Shown piece by piece: positions 19,415-27,227 of a stretch of 64,000 nt of DNA. Position numbers and translations under genes: made by a program. Below the pieces are notes generated by a model. The model was not told where the DNA came from. It did not search any database and was given only the letters and a program-made list of their open reading frames with translations. The stretch's first letter is position 1. Each line of letters opens with the position of its first letter. The stretch lies in contig CAKOTU010000003.1 of NCBI GenBank assembly GCA_934120265.1, positions 1,379 to 65,378 of the forward strand. Reading direction: 5' to 3'. Origin of the DNA: an uncultured Bacilli bacterium. GTDB lineage: Bacteria > Bacillota_I > Bacilli_A > RF39 > UBA660.

Positions 19415-21198
19415 TGGATGTTAAAGCACAAGTAGCGCCTAAGGGTTTAGAATTTAGAGCAAGTGATTTTGTTATTAGTGATAAATGGGCAACTATATTA
19501 ACTGTTGTTTCTTATCCAAAATTTATTGGTCCAGGTTATTTGGCATCTTTAACTAGTATGTCTGGGATTAAGGTGGTTATTAAACATATTCCTCTACCAT
19601 TTAGTGTTATTACTAAGATGTTAAATAAGGAAATAGCTGATTTAAAGCAAAGATATCAAGAAGAAAATGATAAAACTATTCAAGAGAGGATTCGTCAAGA
19701 TTATGAATCATTAGAGTATTTTATTCAACAATTAGCTTCAACTCAATCTAAAATATATGATTTTCAAATGCATATTATGGTAACTGCAGATTCTGAAGAA
19801 GAATTAGTTAATAAAAAAATGCAAGTTAAGAACTATTTAGAAGCTATGGAAATGAGAGCATTCCCATTACGCTTTGAACAAGAAAAAGTTCTTAAATCAA
19901 TTTTACCTATATATAGTAAGCAAGATATTGAAGATAGAATAGGTACTCCTATTCCAGCTCCAACAATTGCGGCTATGTATCCATTTATTTTTGATAGTAT
20001 CAAAGATCCAGGATTATCTACATTATTAGGTGTTGATTTCTCTGGTGGTGTTATTCTATTTAATCAATTTTTATATCAAATAAAGAAAGAACATAATAGA
20101 AACAACGCTAACTTAATTATATTGGGTACTTCTGGTAGTGGTAAATCTACAGCTGCTAAATTAATGATTAGATCTCATATTCGTAATAATAATCAAATTG
20201 TTATTATTGACCCAGAGGGTGAATTTGAAGAAATGACTAAAATGTATGGTGGAGACTTTATCGATTTAGGTAAAGGTGGAGAATTTGGTATGATTAATCC
20301 ACTTGAAGTAGTAGTAGATGCAGATGAAGAAGAAATTGCACAAGGTTTGGGATATACAGTATTAACTCGTACTATTCAAACTGTAAAAGCATTCTTAAAA
20401 TACTATGATCCTAGTATTACTGAAGATACAATTAATATGTTTAGTGAAGTACTACAAGATACTTACAGAAGATTTGGTATTAGTTTTAATTCTGATTTTA
20501 CAACGTTTAAATCAAGCGATTTTCCAACTTTCAGAGATGTATATGCAACTATTGTTGGTAAAATAAGAGCAATGGTTGAAAAAACACATGAACGTGATGT
20601 TTTGGAAATGTTGGAATTAAAAATTAGACCGTTAATTAAAGAATTGCAATACTATTTCGATGGTCATACAACAATATCTCCAAAGAGTGATTTTATTGTA
20701 TTTAATATAAGAGAGCTTATGAATGCAGATTCTAACATTAGAAATGCTTTATTCTTTAACGTATTAAAATATGCATGGGGATTAACACTTGATTCAAGTA
20801 TTAACACTGTATTAATGGTTGATGAAGCTCACGTTTTATTAAGTGGAAATAACACTTTAGGTGCTGATTTCTTAGCACAAGTTCAAAGACGTGCTCGTAA
20901 GTATAACACAGGTACAATAATAATTACACAACAGCCTAGTGACTTTAGTGATCCAGGTGTTATAACTCAAGGTAAGGCTATATTTGACAATGCTTCTTAT
21001 TATCTTGTGATGGGACTTAAGAAACAAGCTGTTGAAGATTTGGCTAAATTAATTGATTTAAATGATAACGAAAAAGAAAGTATAAAAAAATATAATCAAG
21101 GTGAAGCATTATTTGTTTGCGGTAGCCGAAGAATGAGAATAAACATAATTGCAACAGAACAAGAATTAGATTCATTTGGTTCTGGCGGTGGTTTATAG
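19414..21198 (+). CDS. virB4: VirB4-family conjugation/T4SS ATPase, C-terminal ATPase part
   Basis: 594 aa. Walker A LGTSGSGKST, Walker B VLMVDEAHVLL, plus FIVFNIREL and IIITQQPSDF blocks typical of VirB4/TraE. Confidence 0.85.
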   Translation: MDVKAQVAPKGLEFRASDFVISDKWATILTVVSYPKFIGPGYLASLTSMSGIKVVIKHIPLPFSVITKMLNKEIADLKQRYQEENDKTIQERIRQDYESLEYFIQQLASTQSKIYDFQMHIMVTADSEEELVNKKMQVKNYLEAMEMRAFPLRFEQEKVLKSILPIYSKQDIEDRIGTPIPAPTIAAMYPFIFDSIKDPGLSTLLGVDFSGGVILFNQFLYQIKKEHNRNNANLIILGTSGSGKSTAAKLMIRSHIRNNNQIVIIDPEGEFEEMTKMYGGDFIDLGKGGEFGMINPLEVVVDADEEEIAQGLGYTVLTRTIQTVKAFLKYYDPSITEDTINMFSEVLQDTYRRFGISFNSDFTTFKSSDFPTFRDVYATIVGKIRAMVEKTHERDVLEMLELKIRPLIKELQYYFDGHTTISPKSDFIVFNIRELMNADSNIRNALFFNVLKYAWGLTLDSSINTVLMVDEAHVLLSGNNTLGADFLAQVQRRARKYNTGTIIITQQPSDFSDPGVITQGKAIFDNASYYLVMGLKKQAVEDLAKLIDLNDNEKESIKKYNQGEALFVCGSRRMRINIIATEQELDSFGSGGGL

Positions 21199-21227
21199 AA
21201 ATTAATTAGTAACGGTGGTGATGTTGC

Positions 21228-23468
21228 TTGAATAATAAAAATATAGTTGGTAATGGCAGTAAAGCAACATTACCAGGTGGTCAAAAATTATCTGATAAGA
21301 TTCAAGAAAATAAAACAAAACAAAGTTTAAATAACAATATTAATGGTAGTAATCTAAATGAAAATGTTGATGCTACTAAATCTTCCAAGGGTAACGAAGA
21401 AAATGGTGAAAATAAAAAAAGTAAATTAGATAATGTTACACAGCAGGCAGGAACTGAAGCTGCTCGTACTGCGCTTAAAGCGTTTGCAGCTTCAGCGCCA
21501 TATACAGCTTGGATACCTAAGGGAATAAGAGATAAAATTGTAGACAAAGTAGTAGATAGTAAACTTGGACAAGAAGCAATTGAAAAACAAGGTAAAAAAT
21601 TAAAGAGGAAAGTTGTTCTTGCTTTGGTAGGAGCTGTTGGAGCAACTCTTTTGCAAACGTTTCTAATTTGTGCTATTGTGGCAGCTATTTTGAGTCCAGT
21701 AGCGGCAATAAAAGATGCTTTAGGGAATGTTGGAGATTTCTTTGTAAGTGTTTGGAATATTTTTAGATATGGAGAGTTTTGTTCTAGTGAAGAAGCATGT
21801 CAAGAAAAATTAAGTAACAAGTACTATGAAAAACTTGACTCTAAGGTTGAAGATGCTTTTGGAAATTGTGAACAAATAGATACACAACAAGTTAAAGATT
21901 TAATTACAGGTACTATTTTTTACGATCAAATGACTTATGATTCTAAATATCAAGATTATCAAGGTAAATCTGATGACTCTAAAAAAGATGATAATGCCGA
22001 AGATGATGATGCTGGGGATGATTCACTGGTAGAAACAAATAAAGGCGGTTATTTTGACTATCGTGGTAAAAGGGGAAAAATTGGAGGTTTGGTTGATAAG
22101 TTAAAAAGTGGTGATTCAAATAGCTGTATATTGAATTCTTATACCTACCGTAATCATTTAACCAACAAGTATGTAGAAGAAAATTATGGCTATGTTTTAA
22201 TTGGACATTATAAAGATGATGTAGAAGGTAAGTTAACAATAGATGAAGTTGTTAATGAAATAATGATGATAGGTGGATTTGAAAATAAAGGTTCAAACGG
22301 TAGTTGTTCAAGTTCTTGTTCATATAATATTGATGGCGAATCAATAAGTGAATTAAAAGTTAGATTAATTAACGGTGTGTATTCTGATTCACCTGGAACA
22401 CCTATTGAAGGTGAGGAGTTAGTTCCTTTCGAAAAATATATTTTAGGTGTAGTATATGCTGAAGTTGGAAGTGGAGCTGCAGATGAGGTACTTAAAGTTC
22501 AAGCTATAGCTGCCAGATCATTTGCCCTTAGTAGAGCAAAAGTTATGGGTGGCGCTTTAGGTAGAGGAATAACTCAAGAAGATGGTGTATGGATTTTAAC
22601 ATTAGTTAACTCAACAGAGGATCAAGTTTATTGTGATCCTGATAGAGGCTGCTCGAAAGAAAGTGGTGTTAATTCTACTGTTTATTCTGATCCTGATAAG
22701 TATGAAAAATATAAGGGTCCATTATCCGCAGATGAAAGAATTCGCTCTGTTGTAGCTGAGGTAGCTGGTAAAGTTGTTTTAGATGCAAATGGTCAAATTA
22801 TAAATACTGGTTATAGAAGTACAAATCAGAATAGTTGGGCAGAGAAAGCCGCTGAAGGTAAAGATTATACAGTTATTTTAAGAGAAGATTATCCTGATTT
22901 CAATACTATTGATGATGGAAATTGTTCTTCATTATGTAGCTTGGCAATAGGACCTTTTACAGAATGGAAGCAAACGAGTTGGCCTGATGTATATATGAAT
23001 AATCTTAGCCTTGCAAAAGCTGGATGCTTAACTGTATCTGTTTGTATGCAACTAGCAAGAAGTGGTGTTGCCCCAGCTTTAGAAGGTGGTTTTAACCCAG
23101 CAACATTTGTTAATGCATATAGAGAAAAGTTATACAATGGCCAGGATGAATGGGCTTGGAATGGAATATCAAAAGTAGTACCGCAATTTCAATATGATTC
23201 TAGTTATAAATTAACTGGTATGCAAGGTCTGAGTGATGAGGAGCAACGCAATAGATTAATGAAAGGTATTAATGCTGGTTGTTATTATGTTGTAGAAGTA
23301 AAAAGCTACTATAAGGGTCAACACTGGGTTGCTGTAGATACAATAAAAGACGGTGAAATATATATTATGGATCCATCTTCAAACTGTAAAATTTTAAGCC
23401 AATGCGTAGCTAGTACTGGTGCTAAATATCGTATAAGTATAGCACAGTGTTATAGAGTAGTTAGATAG
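21228..23468 (+). CDS. T4SS-associated cell-wall hydrolase: TM anchor, SpoIID/LytB-like domain, C-terminal Cys-His peptidase-like domain
   Basis: 746 aa from TTG start after a ggtggtga RBS. SpoIID-like block YILGVVYAEVGSGAADEVLKVQAIAARSFAL. C-terminal AKAGCLTVSVCMQLA … GQHWVAVDTIKDGEIYIMDPS resembles C39-like/CHAP-type papain folds. Confidence 0.65.
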   Translation: MNNKNIVGNGSKATLPGGQKLSDKIQENKTKQSLNNNINGSNLNENVDATKSSKGNEENGENKKSKLDNVTQQAGTEAARTALKAFAASAPYTAWIPKGIRDKIVDKVVDSKLGQEAIEKQGKKLKRKVVLALVGAVGATLLQTFLICAIVAAILSPVAAIKDALGNVGDFFVSVWNIFRYGEFCSSEEACQEKLSNKYYEKLDSKVEDAFGNCEQIDTQQVKDLITGTIFYDQMTYDSKYQDYQGKSDDSKKDDNAEDDDAGDDSLVETNKGGYFDYRGKRGKIGGLVDKLKSGDSNSCILNSYTYRNHLTNKYVEENYGYVLIGHYKDDVEGKLTIDEVVNEIMMIGGFENKGSNGSCSSSCSYNIDGESISELKVRLINGVYSDSPGTPIEGEELVPFEKYILGVVYAEVGSGAADEVLKVQAIAARSFALSRAKVMGGALGRGITQEDGVWILTLVNSTEDQVYCDPDRGCSKESGVNSTVYSDPDKYEKYKGPLSADERIRSVVAEVAGKVVLDANGQIINTGYRSTNQNSWAEKAAEGKDYTVILREDYPDFNTIDDGNCSSLCSLAIGPFTEWKQTSWPDVYMNNLSLAKAGCLTVSVCMQLARSGVAPALEGGFNPATFVNAYREKLYNGQDEWAWNGISKVVPQFQYDSSYKLTGMQGLSDEEQRNRLMKGINAGCYYVVEVKSYYKGQHWVAVDTIKDGEIYIMDPSSNCKILSQCVASTGAKYRISIAQCYRVVR

Positions 23469-23479
23469 GAGGAAAGAAA

Positions 23480-24253
23480 ATGAGTAAAAAACAAATATTT
23501 CTTTTATGTATAGTAGTAATTGTTATTATAGCGTTAGGTTCTTTCCTCTTTATAAAAACAGAAGAAAAAAAATCTTACAGTTTATATTTATTTACTGGTG
23601 AGACAAAAATGGTTAAGTGGTATTATAACGATAGTAAATGGTATATAGTTAATACTAATGAGAAGTTGTCTGATCCATTTGATGTATACAGTAATGGTAA
23701 GTATGTAGGAAACTATGATTTAGTTTATAATAATAAATGGTATTATTTTGATGAGTATAATAAAAATGTTCAAATAGATGGTATAAAATTTATGATTAAT
23801 ACAAACTATAATTTTACCTCTTATGCATTTAATGTGGATTATAAAAAAAATGATGATTTAGCTGAGAAGCTTGCTGATCAGTTAAATATAAATTATAATA
23901 AATTTACTTATAATTTAAAAACATTTAAAATTTCAAATAATAATAAGTTAGAAACAATATATGCTGTTGACTTTTATGAAAAAGATGATGAGTATGCAAG
24001 TTTTGGACCTAGTTATACAGCCGTTTTTAATATATTAAATAATAAAATAAGTATTATAAAATATTTGGAATTTTCACAATCTAATAAAGATTATTGTAGT
24101 TTGAATGTAGATGGTGTATTTAGATTTGAAAATGATAATAATAAAATTTTATTATCTTGTACATATTTTGATCAAATACCATCGGATTATTATCTTTATG
24201 AAAGTAATAAAAATAATTATGAATTAATTGTTGATAGTAAAGGAGGGGTATAA
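23480..24253 (+). CDS. Membrane-anchored Asn/Tyr-rich protein of unknown function (T4SS accessory candidate)
   Basis: 257 aa. One N-terminal TM and an ectodomain of about 230 aa. Located between the hydrolase and the coupling protein. Confidence 0.55.
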   Translation: MSKKQIFLLCIVVIVIIALGSFLFIKTEEKKSYSLYLFTGETKMVKWYYNDSKWYIVNTNEKLSDPFDVYSNGKYVGNYDLVYNNKWYYFDEYNKNVQIDGIKFMINTNYNFTSYAFNVDYKKNDDLAEKLADQLNINYNKFTYNLKTFKISNNNKLETIYAVDFYEKDDEYASFGPSYTAVFNILNNKISIIKYLEFSQSNKDYCSLNVDGVFRFENDNNKILLSCTYFDQIPSDYYLYESNKNNYELIVDSKGGV

Positions 24254-24254
24254 A

Positions 24255-26432
24255 ATGAAATTAAAATTCAGAGCTGATGCTAAGGATATTCTAATATTTG
24301 TTATATTCAGTATCTTCTTGTTATATTTTGTAGCAATTGCTGTGGTAAACTTGGGTACTTTTGCACAAGAAGGTGTTTTATACGGATTAAATCCATTGCC
24401 TGCTTTTAGTAAGGATTATTTACTTGCTACTATTATGGGTTATATTTGTGTTTTAATTGCTATCATAATGAGTGTTTCATCTTTATTTTTTGAAAGGGAA
24501 AAAGGAATTGGTATAAGTACTGATCCAAAAAAAGAAAAAGGATACTCAAGATGGGCTACCGATAAGGAAATGAAAAAAGAATTAAAAATGGTCCGTGCTA
24601 AAGATTTAAAGAGTAATGCAGCAGGTATTCCTTTAATTAACAATGGTAAAGAAATATGGGTTGATGATGGTGAATATCATAACCTAATTATTGGTTCTAC
24701 TGGTTCTGGTAAAACTGAAATGATTGTTCAACCTATGGTTAAAGTTTTAGCCAAAAAGGGTGAGTCCATGATTATTACTGACCCTAAAGGTGAAATTTAT
24801 GAAAAGAACGCTGTTGAATTAAGAGAAAAAGGATATAATATTGTTCTTTTAAATTTCCGCGATCCGCAACAAGGTAATTGTTGGAACCCACTTTCTCTTC
24901 CTTATAATTTGTATAAAAGTGGTAATCAAGATAAAGCTTGCGAATTATTAGATGACTTAGCTTTAAATATCCTTTATGATGAGTCTTCTAAAAATCAAGA
25001 TCCTTTCTGGGAAAAAACTTCAGCAGATTATTTTGCAGGTTTAGCACTAGGATTATTTGAAGATGCTAAAGAAGAAGAGATTAACTTAAACAGTATAAAT
25101 TTAATGACTACTGTTGGTGAAGAAAAAATTGCAGGTACTACATATATCAAAGAATATTTTAGTTATAAAGATCCTGCAGGGCCTGCTTATGTTAATGCTT
25201 CATCAACATTAATGGCTCCAAGTGATACTAAAGGTAGTATTTTATCAGTTTTTAAACAAAAAATTAAATTATTTGCATCTCGTGAAAACATGAGCGAAAT
25301 GTTATCACATAGTGATTTTAATATGGATGACATTGGTCGTCAAAAAACAGCAGTATTTATTGTTGTTCAAGATGAAAAGAAAACATATCATTCTTTAGTT
25401 ACTATTTTCCTAAAACAATGCTATGAAACATTGATTAGAGTAGCACAAGAATGTGGGGGAAAACTTCCTTATAGAACAAACTTTATTCTAGATGAATTTG
25501 CTAATATGCCTCCATTAAAAGATGTTACAACAATGGTTACAGCAGCGCGTTCACGTGCGATGAGATTTAGTTTTATTATTCAAAACTTTGCTCAATTATA
25601 TGAAGTATATGGAAAAGAAAATGGAGAAACAATCAAAGGTAACTGTGGAAATATTGTTTATTTAATAAGTAGTGAGCTTAGCGCTCTTGAAGAAATTAGT
25701 AAAATGTGTGGAGAAGTAAAATCAAAAGAAAAGGATAAAACTGCTTCTACACCACTTGTAACAGTTAGTGACCTTCAAAGATTACCTAAATGGACAATGA
25801 TATTAATTCGTATTAGAATGATGCCATTTAAGACAAAACTAACTCCAAACTGGCAAATGATGCAAAATCATGAATGGGAGAAAGATTATCCAAAAGCCGA
25901 ATATCCTAACAGAGAAAAAGAACCGGTTAGTGTATTTGATATAAAATCTTTTGTTGAAAAAAGAAAAGAAGACAAAATAAATGCTATGTTGGGTGGAAAT
26001 ACTAAAGAATCTAATCCAATGCCTTTTGTACCTCCAATGTTTGGTGATAAAAATTCTAATTCTTCCAGTGGTGGATTTAATGTTGATGATTTAGTTAAAA
26101 AAATAGATGCTAAAATAGCAGAGTTAGAAGAAGAAGAACGACTTGAAAAAGAAGCAGAAAAAGCTAAAGAAAAATCTCAAGATGAAAAATCAACTCCAGT
26201 CGTTGAGGAAGAACCAAAGCCTAGAATTTCGGAGGAACTAAAATTACCTGAAGTTGAAAAAGAACCTCAAATTGAAATTAAACCAGAAACTGGATCTGAA
26301 ATTTCTGTTCCATCAACTAGTAAAGTTATAGAAGAAAATAATATAAAAGTTGAAAATACTGTTCAACCTGAAAGTAGTAAAAATATTACAGATGATCAAT
26401 TTTTCGATGACTTTTTCAATGAAGATGAATAA
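24255..26432 (+). CDS. virD4: VirD4/TraG-family type IV coupling protein
   Basis: ATG 24255 after an aaaggagggg RBS. Two N-terminal TM helices, Walker A IGSTGSGKTE, Walker B FILDEFANM, acidic/Lys-rich C-terminal tail. Confidence 0.85.
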   Translation: MKLKFRADAKDILIFVIFSIFLLYFVAIAVVNLGTFAQEGVLYGLNPLPAFSKDYLLATIMGYICVLIAIIMSVSSLFFEREKGIGISTDPKKEKGYSRWATDKEMKKELKMVRAKDLKSNAAGIPLINNGKEIWVDDGEYHNLIIGSTGSGKTEMIVQPMVKVLAKKGESMIITDPKGEIYEKNAVELREKGYNIVLLNFRDPQQGNCWNPLSLPYNLYKSGNQDKACELLDDLALNILYDESSKNQDPFWEKTSADYFAGLALGLFEDAKEEEINLNSINLMTTVGEEKIAGTTYIKEYFSYKDPAGPAYVNASSTLMAPSDTKGSILSVFKQKIKLFASRENMSEMLSHSDFNMDDIGRQKTAVFIVVQDEKKTYHSLVTIFLKQCYETLIRVAQECGGKLPYRTNFILDEFANMPPLKDVTTMVTAARSRAMRFSFIIQNFAQLYEVYGKENGETIKGNCGNIVYLISSELSALEEISKMCGEVKSKEKDKTASTPLVTVSDLQRLPKWTMILIRIRMMPFKTKLTPNWQMMQNHEWEKDYPKAEYPNREKEPVSVFDIKSFVEKRKEDKINAMLGGNTKESNPMPFVPPMFGDKNSNSSSGGFNVDDLVKKIDAKIAELEEEERLEKEAEKAKEKSQDEKSTPVVEEEPKPRISEELKLPEVEKEPQIEIKPETGSEISVPSTSKVIEENNIKVENTVQPESSKNITDDQFFDDFFNEDE

Positions 26433-26447
26433 AATTCATCTTTTTTT
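26424..26447 (+). terminator. Terminator after the coupling-protein gene
   Basis: gatgaat-aaa-attcatc followed by ttttttt. The stop codon lies in the loop region. Confidence 0.55.
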
Positions 26448-26480
26448 GTTGGTTGTGTGTTATAATTAATATGTGATAAT

Positions 26481-27227
26481 ATGAAAGACTTTTTATTAAA
26501 TAAAAACACTGGGATACAATTTTATATGTTTAATATTACACATTTTTTTGTTTTGTTTATTACATATATTATTATGTTAATTATTCTATATAATAAGAAT
26601 AAATTAAAGAATATTAGCGATATAAACAAAAAAAGAATAAGAATATTTTTTGGTATTATACTTTTAATTTCATGGATAATTAGACGCGGCTCTTTTATTT
26701 ATTATGGCGTCTATAATATAAAAAATCATTTGGATTTAGGCTTTTGTAATATAAATGCTTTATTATTTATGTTTTATTGTTTAACAGGTAATAAAAAGGT
26801 GTATAGATTTTGTTATTATTCCACATTTGTTGGACCACTGTTATCCATTTTATTTCCAGCAGTTACAACAAGCATTAACAACTATTCTTTCATAACGTTT
26901 ATAATAAATCATAACATAGTATTTTTAATGAATTTAGTATTTTGCATATTTGAAGAATTAAAACAAGATGATAATAATGTTAGAATTTTTTTCTTGATAG
27001 GATATGCTTATGTAGTTTTTACAAATATATTAGATATTGTATTTGACCTTAATTATAATAAATTAATAGGATTTATATCTAGTAAATATGTCCAAAATGG
27101 TATAGTTTTATATATATCAAATAATTTGATCATTTCACTAATTATATATTTTTTGGTTGCATCTATATGTATATTAATTGCTAATTATATATTACAGATT
27201 ATAGGAGGAAAGTATGAAAAAAAGTAA
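26481..27227 (+). CDS. Polytopic integral membrane protein (possibly YwaF/TIGR02206-like)
   Basis: 248 aa with about 7 TM helices. TGtTATAAT -10 at 26458-26466. The family call is a weak recollection only. Confidence 0.5.
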   Translation: MKDFLLNKNTGIQFYMFNITHFFVLFITYIIMLIILYNKNKLKNISDINKKRIRIFFGIILLISWIIRRGSFIYYGVYNIKNHLDLGFCNINALLFMFYCLTGNKKVYRFCYYSTFVGPLLSILFPAVTTSINNYSFITFIINHNIVFLMNLVFCIFEELKQDDNNVRIFFLIGYAYVVFTNILDIVFDLNYNKLIGFISSKYVQNGIVLYISNNLIISLIIYFLVASICILIANYILQIIGGKYEKK

